NCBI GenBank assembly: GCA_030646805.1
Contig: JAUSKZ010000034.1
Location: 1-43,613, forward strand
From: Candidatus Daviesbacteria bacterium
GTDB taxonomy: Bacteria > Patescibacteriota > Microgenomatia > Daviesbacterales > UBA10151
Reading direction: 5' to 3'
DNA: 43,613 nucleotides
Made by a program: the position numbers and the translations under genes. The notes under the pieces are model-generated. The model was given only the letters and a program-made list of their open reading frames with translations, was not told the origin of the DNA and made no database searches. This document shows positions 1 through 9,894 of this stretch, in pieces (the first letter of the stretch is position 1; every line of letters starts with the position of its first letter).

Positions 1-2
1 AA

Positions 3-2090
3 GCTCAAAAAATCGCTGTCAAAAGATTTGAAAGATTAAAAGAAGAAGGATCATCGCAGCTAGCAGAGGTAGCAGCAGTTTTAGCTGAGCAAAAGTTGGC
101 AGCCTTGAGAAGAGAACATATTGAAGTTGAGGGTGCACCTAGAACTTACTCAAGATTTGAGATTATGGCCAATCAAATTATTGACCAGGAAGGGTTAAAT
201 GAACAAAACGAAAGTGTTGAGGCTATTCGAGAAGCCAAGATGGAAAAAGCTCGGGAAGCGGTACTATCAATATTAGTTCGTAAAAGAGGGACAGAGAGAC
301 TTTTGTCTATGATTGAATCCGATGAGTTATTTTGCCGAGCAATTGCCAATAGACAGCGGATGACTAGCGAAGAACTTTTAACCGCTGAAAGTTCGGCCAA
401 ACGCCATGCCTTAAACGGAGTTTTATTTATGAAGCAACTTGTTTTATCTGAAGTTGATCGCCGAGTTTTTAATGGCCAAAAAGTGCTAAACGAAGAAAGA
501 GAACGATTGCTTTCTGGTATGGCTAAAGACCCAATGGTTTTTATTACTGGTTTGTCTGATGAAGAGATTCAGACTATTCGGGCAGGAATTCCTAAACCCT
601 CCAACTCGCGATCAATCTTTGATTTGGCTAAGGAGCGATTAAAATCTAAGTTGGTAGATTCAGCTACTGATGAAGAGTTAATTGGGGTAATGACTCAAAC
701 TGTTGTAGGAGAGTTATTGACGACTCGAAGTTCAATAGCTGTGGACCTAGCTTTGAGAGATTTGGGAATTGATCCAATGAGTGTTTTAACTGATCCGGAA
801 AATTTGACTGAGACGGTTCAGCAAATTATTGACAAATCCCTGCCATATATCAGAATAGACAGTACAGTTGAACTAAATCAGTTAAAGTTAGAGAGAAAAG
901 GTCAGAGGCCAAAGGGTCAAGTCAATCAGCAGACAGTTTTCCGACTTCTGCAAGATGAATTATTGCGACCTAACCCAGACCAGCCTTTAATTGTAGGAAA
1001 GTCAGAGGTGGTTGCTGTTGAGCCGTCTACCAGAGGTGCTCGAAAAGTTATAGGAGTATTGGACAGGCTAGCCGACCTAGGTGTATTGCAACCTCGATCT
1101 CAGGAAGTAACTAGAGCCATAGTCCATAAAGCTAATACGGCAATTTTCGTCGAACTCCCGCTTTCTACCCAAAGAGGGCGCTTTGTCCACACTCGGGTTT
1201 TAGCTGAAGACGCAAAAGGCAAATACGGATGGGGCGATGCGCAAAATATTAAAGAAATAACTCGTTGCCGGGTTTTAACTGGTTTATGTCTTTTTAGCTC
1301 ATCAGCTGTGACAGCTGTAAGCGAGGGCGGGGTAAAATATGCCCTAACCAATCCGTATGTTAATAGAGAAATCGATCAACCAGTAATTAGAATTGATATT
1401 GATCAGCGGATCCAACCTTACGAGGCAGATTCGGTACTGCGTTTATCAGAAATGATCGGGTGTTTAAATCCGGAAAAAGTTTCTTCAGTGGCTCTGGCTG
1501 TTCCGAGAATTGAGTACTGGTTATATGCTATGGATGCTTACGAGAAGGGTTTAATCGATTCTGGTTTAATGCTTGAATGGTTTAATCAAGTTGATCTTCG
1601 GGCTGGAAGAATGATTGATATGGTAACAAAGAGGATTGCCAAGCCTGGTTTAAAAATCAACCAGGTGGACCCTTTGGGCTCTATAGCCTTGAATTTAGTG
1701 CAGGATGTACAAAACGATAAGAGAGGCTTATTGCCTAAACTGGTTGAGCAATTAAAAGAGAAGAGTAGTCTAGTTAGTCAAACTGAGATTGTGAGCTACT
1801 CTGATTTAAGCTACTTAAGCTATGTCTTAGGATACTTAGATCAATTGGACGCTGAAACAGAGATGTTAATTGCTGTGGAGAATCCTGAAGAGACGGGTAT
1901 TTTAAATAGGATTCGAAGCTTGATTGGCCAAGTGGTTTCGGGTAAAACTATTGTTGGGTTGTATCCACATACTAATTTAGTTATGAGTCAAGACCCTGAA
2001 ACTGTTGGCGGTAGGTCATTGTACTTCTTTGATCCAAAAAGTAGACTAAGGACAGCCTTGAGGGAGGTAGTTAGAGCTAATAGGATATGA
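3..2090 (+). CDS. large orphan protein, 5' end probably outside the window
   Basis: Listed ORF is 96..2090 (TTG start). The same frame stays open back to nt 3 (reads AQKIAVKRFERLKEEGSSQLAEVAAVLAEQK upstream of 96), so it is likely 5'-partial. No family motif recognised. Its stop overlaps the next start (ATGA at 2087-2090). Confidence 0.6.
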   Translation, partial: AQKIAVKRFERLKEEGSSQLAEVAAVLAEQKLAALRREHIEVEGAPRTYSRFEIMANQIIDQEGLNEQNESVEAIREAKMEKAREAVLSILVRKRGTERLLSMIESDELFCRAIANRQRMTSEELLTAESSAKRHALNGVLFMKQLVLSEVDRRVFNGQKVLNEERERLLSGMAKDPMVFITGLSDEEIQTIRAGIPKPSNSRSIFDLAKERLKSKLVDSATDEELIGVMTQTVVGELLTTRSSIAVDLALRDLGIDPMSVLTDPENLTETVQQIIDKSLPYIRIDSTVELNQLKLERKGQRPKGQVNQQTVFRLLQDELLRPNPDQPLIVGKSEVVAVEPSTRGARKVIGVLDRLADLGVLQPRSQEVTRAIVHKANTAIFVELPLSTQRGRFVHTRVLAEDAKGKYGWGDAQNIKEITRCRVLTGLCLFSSSAVTAVSEGGVKYALTNPYVNREIDQPVIRIDIDQRIQPYEADSVLRLSEMIGCLNPEKVSSVALAVPRIEYWLYAMDAYEKGLIDSGLMLEWFNQVDLRAGRMIDMVTKRIAKPGLKINQVDPLGSIALNLVQDVQNDKRGLLPKLVEQLKEKSSLVSQTEIVSYSDLSYLSYVLGYLDQLDAETEMLIAVENPEETGILNRIRSLIGQVVSGKTIVGLYPHTNLVMSQDPETVGGRSLYFFDPKSRLRTALREVVRANRI

Positions 2091-3139
2091 AAATAATTAA
2101 CCAACATTTAGCCAAACAGCTAATCAAAGGGGCTTCGATCCTCACTACCGGTGGTGGAGTTCCTCCAGTGGAACAACGGAAGGCCTTAAAAATATTTACC
2201 AATCTCCAGGTGAAATTGGTAAGTTTGGATGAATTACCAGCTGATGGTTACTTGTGTATGGCCGGGGAGCTTGGGCCATCTGAAGTTCCACCTCTGGACA
2301 AAAGAAAAATTATCAATAAAATGATCAAGCTACTTTCGGAGATTAGTGCTAAAAAAATTGTTGGTTTTTATCCACCAGAAATTGGACAAGAAAGTGTCAC
2401 TTTAGAGTCAGCCCATCTTACAGGATTACCGGTTGTTGATCTTGATCCTGTGGGTGGGAGAGCAGTGCCATTTCTTGATCTAAGTGTTTTCAATCTAAGA
2501 AAGATCCCATATTCGCTGACTCCTTTAGTGGTGAGTACAGATAAGGAAGAGTTATTAACTATCAATGGTACTTTGAAGTTAGAGCGGGTGGAGCAGATGG
2601 TCCGAGAGTTAACGAAACTGTCCAGCTCTGGCTTGGTTTTTTTAATTGGGGGGTTAATATCTGTAGAACAATTAAAAAAAGCTAAGATCGAAAATAACTC
2701 CTATAGTTTAGCTCTTCAGCTCGGTACGATTAAAACCATTGAAGAGTTGAAGACACACTTAAAACCACGATTGATAATTGAGGCAGTGGTTCAAAAAATT
2801 ACTAGACTAGATAAGCAGGGTTTTTCTGCTTCAAAGGTGATCGTCTTAGACCGAATAAAAAATAGCTATCAACTAACCATTCTTAATGAGGCTCTTTTTA
2901 TTCATAATCAACAAGGAGATATTATTGCTTCAGTTCCAGAGAGGATTTTGCTGGTTAATCCTCAGACCTTAGGTGGTTTTCCCAGCTCTGAACTGGACAA
3001 AGGACAAGCTGTTATAATATTGGTGGTTAGACCAGATAAGCTTTGGCAAACAGCCAGGGCTAAAAAAATATTTGGAAAGGAGCGTTTTAGTTTTCTTCTA
3101 TCCCCGACGAAGCACGGGGAGAAGATACCCAGGGCGTAA
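2087..3139 (+). CDS. DUF917 family protein (hydantoinase-associated family of unknown function)
   Basis: From memory this matches the DUF917 pattern: GASILTTGGG near the N-terminus, VKLVSLDELPAD, PPEIGQES, and GLPVVDLDPVGGRAVPFLDLSVF (family consensus approx. GlPvvDaDgmGRAfPelqm). ATGA overlap with the upstream gene. Confidence 0.75.
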   Translation: MKIINQHLAKQLIKGASILTTGGGVPPVEQRKALKIFTNLQVKLVSLDELPADGYLCMAGELGPSEVPPLDKRKIINKMIKLLSEISAKKIVGFYPPEIGQESVTLESAHLTGLPVVDLDPVGGRAVPFLDLSVFNLRKIPYSLTPLVVSTDKEELLTINGTLKLERVEQMVRELTKLSSSGLVFLIGGLISVEQLKKAKIENNSYSLALQLGTIKTIEELKTHLKPRLIIEAVVQKITRLDKQGFSASKVIVLDRIKNSYQLTILNEALFIHNQQGDIIASVPERILLVNPQTLGGFPSSELDKGQAVIILVVRPDKLWQTARAKKIFGKERFSFLLSPTKHGEKIPRA

Positions 3140-3154
3140 GCCCGAGGGAGATTC

Positions 3155-4228
3155 ATGATTAATAAACAACGGTTAGTAGAAACTTTTCTTAAGCTTGTTC
3201 AGATTGACAGTCCTTCAGGGGATGAGGAGTTAGTTTCTCAGGAATTAACCAGAAGATTAAAAGTCTTAGGTGGGAAAGTTGAACCTGATAGTTATGGCAA
3301 TATAATCTGTCATTTCAAAGGACAAGGTGAAAGCTTATTACTCAATGCTCATATGGATACTGTGGAGCCGGGCAGAGGGATCAATCCATCTATTAAAAAG
3401 GATCGGATTATCTCAGACGGAAGAACTATTCTTGGTGCTGATCCCAAAGCTGGGGTAGCTATTATTTTGGAAGCCTTAACCTCTCTCAAAGAAGATCAGA
3501 AATCTTCAGTACCTGTGGAAGTAGTGTTTACCCGAGAGGAGGAATCTACCTTAGGTGGAGCGATGAGTTTGGATTATAAAAAGATTCGATCAAAACATGG
3601 GATTATCTTTGATGGCGACGAGGGGGTTCATCGGATCTTTGTCTCGTCACCTTGGTATCTAAGTGTGTTGATTGAGGTAACAGGTCGTGCTTCTCACGCT
3701 GCCGAACCGGAAAAAGGTTTATCAGCTATTGAAATTGGAGCAAAAATTATTGCTCAACTGGAGCTGGGACGGAGTGATTTTGAAACCACTGGCACTGTTG
3801 GTCTGGTGAAAGGTGGAAGTGCCGTCAATGCTGTAGCTGAATTGATGGAGATTAAAGCTGAGTTGCGCAGTAGAGATAAAAAGAAGCTTTTAAAGGAAGC
3901 GAAAAAAGTTGAAAAGGTAGTTTTACAGTTAGCCAAACAATATCCTGAAGCGAAAATTAAACTGAAAATGCAAGAGGAATTTCAGGGTTTTAAGTTGCCA
4001 CCGACTCATCCAGCTATCCAAAGAGCAACGGCTGCTTTGAAGGCTATGTCATTGGAGCCACAACTAATTGATACCAATGGTGGCTCAGATGCCAATATCT
4101 TTCATAAGCACGGTATCGAGGTAGTAGTGGTGGGTACGGGGGCTGCCAATGGTCACACTACTCGAGAATATGTAGTCATTGATCAGATGGTAGAAGCCGC
4201 ACATTTCTGCGAAAAACTGTTACAATAA
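3155..4228 (+). CDS. M20 family metallopeptidase (PepT/ArgE/DapE-like)
   Basis: [12 protein letters not shown]...[13 protein letters not shown] metal-binding motif, [12 protein letters not shown] (catalytic/metal Glu-Glu), and a C-terminal GGSDAN...GHT block. GGGAGA SD-like sequence 5 nt upstream. Confidence 0.8.
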   Translation: MINKQRLVETFLKLVQIDSPSGDEELVSQELTRRLKVLGGKVEPDSYGNIICHFKGQGESLLLNAHMDTVEPGRGINPSIKKDRIISDGRTILGADPKAGVAIILEALTSLKEDQKSSVPVEVVFTREEESTLGGAMSLDYKKIRSKHGIIFDGDEGVHRIFVSSPWYLSVLIEVTGRASHAAEPEKGLSAIEIGAKIIAQLELGRSDFETTGTVGLVKGGSAVNAVAELMEIKAELRSRDKKKLLKEAKKVEKVVLQLAKQYPEAKIKLKMQEEFQGFKLPPTHPAIQRATAALKAMSLEPQLIDTNGGSDANIFHKHGIEVVVVGTGAANGHTTREYVVIDQMVEAAHFCEKLLQ

Positions 4229-4232
4229 AGCC

Positions 4233-5258
4233 ATGAAAAAGAGAATTATGACAGGGGACCGGCCAACCGGTAAGTTGCACTTGGGTCATTATGTAGGATC
4301 GTTAAAAGATCGGGTTGCCCTTCAGGATGAATATGATCAGTTTGTGATGCTTGCTGATGTTCAGGCCTTAACAGATAACTTTGAAAACCCACAAAAAGTT
4401 AGGGATAATATTAAGGAGGTAGCCCTAGATTATTTATCAGTTGGGATTGATCCCACTAAAACCACTATTTATATCCAGTCCCAAATCCCCCAAACAGCTG
4501 AGTTAACAATCTACTTTTTGAATTTAGTCACTTTAGCCAGATTAGAAAGAAACCCTACTGTTAAAGAAGAGATGAAGCAAAAAGGGTTTGGGTCTGAAGT
4601 GCCGGTTGGATTTTTGGCATATCCGATCTCCCAAGCTGCAGATATTTTGATTCTTAAGGCTAATTTAGTGCCGGTAGGAGAAGACCAGAGACCAATGGTT
4701 GAACAAACCCGGGAGATCGCTCGAAAATTTAACTTACTTTATGGTGGAGACCTGCCTGCCGGCAGGCAGGTTTTTCCGGAACCGGAGATTAAAGTTGGCG
4801 CCGTGGCTAGACTAGTGGGAACAGATGGCAACTCAAAGATGAGTAAAAGTCTGGGAAACACTATTAATTTATCTGATTCGGAAGAAGAAGTAGAGAAAAA
4901 AGTTATGGGAATGTACACAGACCCTAAAAGAATTCATCCAACCGATCCTGGAACTGTTGAAGGAAATCCAGTTTTTATCTATCTAGATGCTTTTGGAACG
5001 GACGCAGACCAGGAGCAAGTAAACAAGTTTAAAGAGTCCTATAGGAAAGGCCAAATAGGGGATGTTGAGGTTAAAAAGTACTTAGTGGAAGTTTTGAATA
5101 AATTTCTAGACCCAATCAGAGCTAGACGGGCGGAGTTTGAGAAAAACCCGGAGTTGGTTGAAGAGATTTTAAAAGAAGGCACTAAAAAAGCCAGGGGTGA
5201 GGCAGAAAAAACCATGATAGAGGTTAAAAAAGCTATGAAGCTTAACTACTTTGATTAG
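4233..5258 (+). CDS. trpS: tryptophanyl-tRNA synthetase
   Basis: Class I aaRS signatures GKLHLGHY (HIGH) and KMSKS. Length and overall pattern match TrpRS. Confidence 0.93.
   Translation: MKKRIMTGDRPTGKLHLGHYVGSLKDRVALQDEYDQFVMLADVQALTDNFENPQKVRDNIKEVALDYLSVGIDPTKTTIYIQSQIPQTAELTIYFLNLVTLARLERNPTVKEEMKQKGFGSEVPVGFLAYPISQAADILILKANLVPVGEDQRPMVEQTREIARKFNLLYGGDLPAGRQVFPEPEIKVGAVARLVGTDGNSKMSKSLGNTINLSDSEEEVEKKVMGMYTDPKRIHPTDPGTVEGNPVFIYLDAFGTDADQEQVNKFKESYRKGQIGDVEVKKYLVEVLNKFLDPIRARRAEFEKNPELVEEILKEGTKKARGEAEKTMIEVKKAMKLNYFD
4750..4771. repeat. perfect 22-nt GC-rich palindrome inside trpS
   Basis: ACCTGCCTGCC|GGCAGGCAGGT is its own reverse complement. It encodes DLPAGRQV. Confidence 0.9.
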
Positions 5259-5292
5259 CCCCCCTCTTTTTCTGGTAATCTGAATCTAAAAG

Positions 5293-5301
5293 TGCTAGAA
5301 T
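5293..5301 (+). promoter_or_regulatory. extended -10 element TGcTAGAAT upstream of ftsH
   Basis: TGCTAGAAT, then 9 nt, then the GTG start at 5311. Confidence 0.4.
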
Positions 5302-5310
5302 TTCCCAGTT

Positions 5311-7155
5311 GTGGCACAAGGCACCAAAAAAAAATTAACCCCAAATAAAATCATTGAGACTTTAAAGAGTGTTGGTACTTACGCCTTAATTGGTTTAGTA
5401 GCTCTATTTTTCTTTGTTAATCTTTCCGGCGACCCAACTCCTCAAGATGAAATTCCCCTCTCTCAGCTCATAAACGAGATCAAGCAGGAAAAAATAGCCA
5501 AAGTTATCGTTGATGGGGAAAAGCTGCTTATTTCTTATAAAGAGGAGGATAAAAAAGCTGTCAGCCGTAAAGAAGCGGCTGAATCGATCTTCCAAATCTT
5601 AAAATCTTCCGATGTTGATCCTAAATCTGTCACTATTGAGGTTAAGGATAACTCTTTAACCCAAGCTTTGTATGGAGTTTTGGGCTCAATCTTGCCGCTA
5701 TTACTTTTAGCTGGATTGATGTTTTTTGTGCTTAGGCACGCCAAGGATGCCGGCCAAGGAATCTTTTCTTTTGGTCAATCCAGAGCCAAAATTTTTACCA
5801 AAGACGCACCCCAGATTAAATTTGCTGATGTGGCTGGAGTTGAGGAGGCTAAAAAAGAGCTCTCGGAGATAGTTGAGTTTTTAAAGACTCCCGAGAAATT
5901 TACGGCCCTTGGTGCCAGAACTCCTAAAGGGGTGCTTTTAGTGGGGCCAGCAGGAACTGGAAAAACCCTCTTATCAAGGGCGGTAGCCGGTGAAGCTGGA
6001 GTTCCTTTTTTCTCAATTGCCGGATCTGAGTTTATGGAGATGTTGGTAGGAGTGGGAGCAGCCCGGGTCAGGGATATGTTTGGAACCGCCAAAAAGAGTG
6101 CTCCATCGATCATTTTTATCGATGAGATAGAATCGATCGGCCGGGCTCGAGGGATGGGGGGAATGGGTGGAGGTCATGACGAAAGGGAGCAGACCTTAAA
6201 CCAGATCTTGGTTGAGATGGATGGATTTGCCCCGAATGATCATGTCATAGTTATTGGAGCTACAAATCGCCCAGATATGCTTGATGCGGCTTTGGTCAGG
6301 CCCGGTAGATTTGACCGAAGAGTGACCTTAGGTTTGCCAGATTTAAATGAAAGAAAAGCCATTATTTCAATTCATATGAAGGGGAAGCCGATAACCCCAG
6401 ATGTCGATTTGGAGAAGCTGGCGAGAAGAACTGTGGGTTTTTCTGGGGCCGATATCGCCAACATGTTAAATGAAGCAGCCATTTTGGCAGCCCGAGAGGA
6501 TAAAAAAGCTATTGATCCCAAAGACTTTGAGGAGGCGGCGACCAAAGTAAAGATGGGTCCCCAAAGAAAACGGATGTCAACCGATGAAGACCGGAAACTG
6601 GCGGCCTATCATGAAGCTGGCCACGCCGTCGTGGGGCATTTCCTAAAAAATGTTGATCCTTTGCACCGGGTAACAATTGTGGCTCGGGCTGAGTCTGGGG
6701 GGCATACCCAATTTACCCCTCTTCAGGACAGATCTAATGAGTCAAAGTCCAGGCTAATGGATCAGATAACTATGGCCTTGGGAGCTCAGGCTGCAGAGAA
6801 GATGTTTTTAGATGATATCTCAACCGGGGCAGCTGCAGACTTGAGTGTCGCCACCCGAATCGCTCGAGCGATGGTGACTGAGTATGGAATGTCGGACTTG
6901 GGTCCAATTGCGGTCGGTCCGCGCAGCATCTTTGGTTCCTGGATGAGAATGGGGGAGGGAGAAGATCAAGTTTCAGAACAACTTCAAAGTAAGATCGATC
7001 TGGAGATTAAAAAAATCCTGGATTTAGGCTATAAGAAAGCCAGTGAGATCCTCAAAATTCATAAAAAAGAGCTTCAGGCAGTCACTAAGGCACTTCTGGA
7101 AACAGAAACCTTGGAGTCTGAAGAGTTTGAAAAAATTGTCGGCAAGAAAAAATAA
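5311..7155 (+). CDS. ftsH: ATP-dependent zinc metalloprotease FtsH
   Basis: N-terminal TM segments, AAA+ Walker A GPAGTGKT, Walker [12 protein letters not shown] region, and zinc motif HEAGHA. GTG start. Confidence 0.95.
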   Translation: MAQGTKKKLTPNKIIETLKSVGTYALIGLVALFFFVNLSGDPTPQDEIPLSQLINEIKQEKIAKVIVDGEKLLISYKEEDKKAVSRKEAAESIFQILKSSDVDPKSVTIEVKDNSLTQALYGVLGSILPLLLLAGLMFFVLRHAKDAGQGIFSFGQSRAKIFTKDAPQIKFADVAGVEEAKKELSEIVEFLKTPEKFTALGARTPKGVLLVGPAGTGKTLLSRAVAGEAGVPFFSIAGSEFMEMLVGVGAARVRDMFGTAKKSAPSIIFIDEIESIGRARGMGGMGGGHDEREQTLNQILVEMDGFAPNDHVIVIGATNRPDMLDAALVRPGRFDRRVTLGLPDLNERKAIISIHMKGKPITPDVDLEKLARRTVGFSGADIANMLNEAAILAAREDKKAIDPKDFEEAATKVKMGPQRKRMSTDEDRKLAAYHEAGHAVVGHFLKNVDPLHRVTIVARAESGGHTQFTPLQDRSNESKSRLMDQITMALGAQAAEKMFLDDISTGAAADLSVATRIARAMVTEYGMSDLGPIAVGPRSIFGSWMRMGEGEDQVSEQLQSKIDLEIKKILDLGYKKASEILKIHKKELQAVTKALLETETLESEEFEKIVGKKK

Positions 7156-7212
7156 GTCCTCAACGTACTGATTTAAGATCTTAAGTTTGCTACAATTCAC
7201 CAAAGTCATAAT

Positions 7213-9423
7213 ATGAAGAAGTTAGTTTTAATTGACGGAAATGCTCTTTTGCACCGGGCCTATCACGCCACCCCGCTTTTTACTACCTCAAAAGGAGAGC
7301 TTATCAACGCCGCCTTTGGCTTTTCCAGTATGCTACTTAAAGTCTTGGAGGACCTTTTGCCGGACTATATCGCGGTAGCTTGGGATTTACGGGCGCCGAC
7401 CTTTCGCCATAGCCAATTTGCAAACTACAAGGCTCATAGGATTCCGATGGCCGATGGGTTAGCTTCCCAATACGATAGGGTCCATCAAATTGTTAAATCT
7501 TTTAACATCCCTGAATTTAAATTACCCGGCTTTGAAGCTGATGATTTAGTTGGGACTTTGGCTAAACAAGCAGTTAGGAAAGATAAATCTTTAGAGGTAG
7601 TTATTGTTACTGGTGATCGGGATATTATGCAGTTGATCGAAGATCGGATTAAGGTTTTGATGCCAAAAAAGACCATCACAGATGTTGGGCTCTATGGTAC
7701 AGAGGAGTTTACGGCCAAATACGGTTTTTTACCAATAAATATGGTGGATTATAAAGGTTTGGCGGGAGATCAATCAGACAATATTCCGGGAGTCAAAGGG
7801 ATCGGGGAGGTAACGGCCACTAAATTAATTCAAAAATACGCCACAGTTGAGAACGTCTATAAACACTTGGATGAACTTCCCGAAAGGACAAAAGTCTTAT
7901 TGGAGGCAGACTCAGAAAACGCTTTGATGAGTAAGAAGTTAGCTACCATTGAAACCGAGATTCCCATTAAATTGGATTTAAGCAAGTGCGCAGTTCATGA
8001 CTTTAAAAAAGAGCAGGTAATTAAACTTTTTACTGAGCTAGAATTTAAAAGTCTAATGCCAAGGATTCCGGGAGTAAAGGGGGTAGGAGGTAAAGAGTCT
8101 AAATCTCGAGCGCCGAATCCCAAACCTTCAGGGGTTACTGTTAATCTAGATCTTCAAGTAGAACCAATTTTAAAGAAGATGTCTGAGACGGGAATTTATA
8201 TTGATTGCCAGTTTCTGGAACAGTTTGGGACTGGTTTAAAAGGTAGATTAGTTAAACTAGAACAGCAGATATACTCAACTATCGGACATGAGTTCAATAT
8301 TAACAGTCCAAAGCAGCTGCAAGATATTCTGTTTGATGAGCTGGGATTACCAGTAATTAAAAAAACTAAAACTGGGCGTTCCACCGACGAAGAAACTCTA
8401 CAACAACTTCGAGATGCTCATCCCGCGATTCCTTTACTTTTGGAGTATCGCCAACTTTTTAAAATTGTTTCAACCTATATTGATGCATTGCCGAAGTCAG
8501 TAGGTATTGATGGCCGGATTCATTCAACCTTTAATGTAGAGGGAGCGGCAACCGGGCGACTTTCATCTAAGGATCCAAACCTTCAGAATATCCCGATCAA
8601 AGGTGGTTTAGGATCGGAGATGAGGAAGGCTTTTGTGGCACCCCAAGGTAAAGTTTTACTGGGAGCTGACTACTCTCAAGTTGAACTGCGGATCCTGGCT
8701 CATTTAGCTGATGATCCGGGACTTAAAAAAGCCTTCCAAGAGGGGATAGATATCCACGCCTTAACTGCCTCCAAGATATTTAGAGTATCAGTAGGTGAGG
8801 TCACTCGGGAGCAAAGGACAGTTGGTAAAACCATGAACTTTGCCACTTTGTATGGCCAGGGGCCACACGCGCTGTCTCGGCAACTTGGGGTAGATTATAA
8901 AACAGCTCAAAGTTATATCGCTGAATATTTTGCCCAGTTTTCGAACGTCCGCGATTGGATGTCCAAAATTGTAGAGGAGGCCCGGAAAAGTGGCTACTCT
9001 GAAACTATCTGGGGCAGACGAAGATACTTGCCTGAGTTAAACGCTCCCAATAAGATGCTCCAAGCCTTTGGGGAGAGGGCAGCGGTCAATCATCCTATAC
9101 AAGGTTCGAGCGCTGATATGATTAAAAAAGCGATGGTGGAAATTGATAAGGAGTTAGAGATTACTTCGTTGCTACTCGAAGGCCATTTGGCCTTCTCCTC
9201 TCGCAATGACGTCGTTGCGAACAAAGTGAAGCAATCTCAGTCTTGCCAGCTCATACTCCAAATTCACGATGAGCTTTTATTTGAATGTGATCCTGATAGT
9301 GTAACTGAGGTTGGAAAGATGGTTAAAGAGAAGATGGAGGATGCTCTAAAACTTTCTGTTCCTGTGGTAGTTGAAGTAAAATCTGGCCCAAACTGGGGCG
9401 AGATGAGTCCCTTAGAGATTTAA
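7213..9423 (+). CDS. polA: DNA polymerase I without a 3'-5' exonuclease domain
   Basis: 5' nuclease motifs (LIDGNALLHRAYHA, GDRDIMQL, DNIPGVKGIGEVTA). Family A motifs RLSSKDPNLQNIP, DYSQVELRILAHL, RTVGKTMNFATLYG, QIHDELLFE. Only 736 aa. Confidence 0.95.
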   Translation: MKKLVLIDGNALLHRAYHATPLFTTSKGELINAAFGFSSMLLKVLEDLLPDYIAVAWDLRAPTFRHSQFANYKAHRIPMADGLASQYDRVHQIVKSFNIPEFKLPGFEADDLVGTLAKQAVRKDKSLEVVIVTGDRDIMQLIEDRIKVLMPKKTITDVGLYGTEEFTAKYGFLPINMVDYKGLAGDQSDNIPGVKGIGEVTATKLIQKYATVENVYKHLDELPERTKVLLEADSENALMSKKLATIETEIPIKLDLSKCAVHDFKKEQVIKLFTELEFKSLMPRIPGVKGVGGKESKSRAPNPKPSGVTVNLDLQVEPILKKMSETGIYIDCQFLEQFGTGLKGRLVKLEQQIYSTIGHEFNINSPKQLQDILFDELGLPVIKKTKTGRSTDEETLQQLRDAHPAIPLLLEYRQLFKIVSTYIDALPKSVGIDGRIHSTFNVEGAATGRLSSKDPNLQNIPIKGGLGSEMRKAFVAPQGKVLLGADYSQVELRILAHLADDPGLKKAFQEGIDIHALTASKIFRVSVGEVTREQRTVGKTMNFATLYGQGPHALSRQLGVDYKTAQSYIAEYFAQFSNVRDWMSKIVEEARKSGYSETIWGRRRYLPELNAPNKMLQAFGERAAVNHPIQGSSADMIKKAMVEIDKELEITSLLLEGHLAFSSRNDVVANKVKQSQSCQLILQIHDELLFECDPDSVTEVGKMVKEKMEDALKLSVPVVVEVKSGPNWGEMSPLEI
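9164..9220. repeat. cluster of three short hairpins/palindromes inside polA
   Basis: CTTCG-N8-CGAAG (9164-9181), GGCC-ATTT-GGCC (9181-9192), TCGCAATGACGTCGTTGCGA (9201-9220, a 20-nt palindrome with one T/G mismatched position). Confidence 0.8.
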
Positions 9424-9483
9424 ACGAGAGAAGCAGTGGGAGCGCCATTTACTAACGACCTTTTAATTACGAACTAAAGAAGT

Positions 9484-9512
9484 TTGACTTACTAATCCTA
9501 TAGTGGTAGAAT
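9484..9512 (+). promoter_or_regulatory. sigma70-like promoter TTGACT-N17-(TGg)TAGAAT
   Basis: -35 at 9484-9489, -10 at 9507-9512 with a TG at 9504-9505. ATG at 9522, 9 nt after the -10. Confidence 0.6.
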
Positions 9513-9521
9513 CAGCGTGAT

Positions 9522-9887
9522 ATGTTTCAAATAGATCAGAGGAGCACGTCAAATGAGGGAATGGCCTTTTCTACAGGGGTTTTGTTGGGAGCTTTGCTTG
9601 GTGGTGTTGCTATAGCTACTCTCTCGAGTCGGACTGAACCAGTCTCACATCTGCTTTTACGTAGGACAGGCATGAGTGTTGCAAACGAAGGCCATAACCT
9701 TTTAGAATTAAGAGGCGGCAATAGACTCCAATATTTCGGTTCTCCAGATGAAGCCCAAGCAGAGGCAAGAAGGTTCACTGCTCAATGTGAAGCTGAGGTT
9801 ACAGTATTAGATCATAAACAGGAGAGAACTTTAGTTAGAGTGAATCAAGAGAGTTGTGTAATTAATCCCTCCCCAGAAAGAAGATAA
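9522..9887 (+). CDS. small hypothetical protein with one predicted TM helix
   Basis: ORF preceded by a near-consensus promoter. Hydrophobic stretch FSTGVLLGALLGGVAIATL. No family recognised. Confidence 0.5.
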   Translation: MFQIDQRSTSNEGMAFSTGVLLGALLGGVAIATLSSRTEPVSHLLLRRTGMSVANEGHNLLELRGGNRLQYFGSPDEAQAEARRFTAQCEAEVTVLDHKQERTLVRVNQESCVINPSPERR

Positions 9888-9894
9888 GATTATC

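Noticed and set aside
1925-1948. Walker A-like GQVVSGKT near the C-terminus of the large orphan protein
   Set aside because: Only ~50 residues follow it, too few for a P-loop NTPase domain. There is no Walker B in the proper context. It is probably a chance match.
7173-7184. 12-nt palindrome TTAAGATCTTAA after ftsH as a terminator or operator
   Set aside because: It is AT-rich and short, has no T-tract, and has no second copy. Evidence is insufficient.
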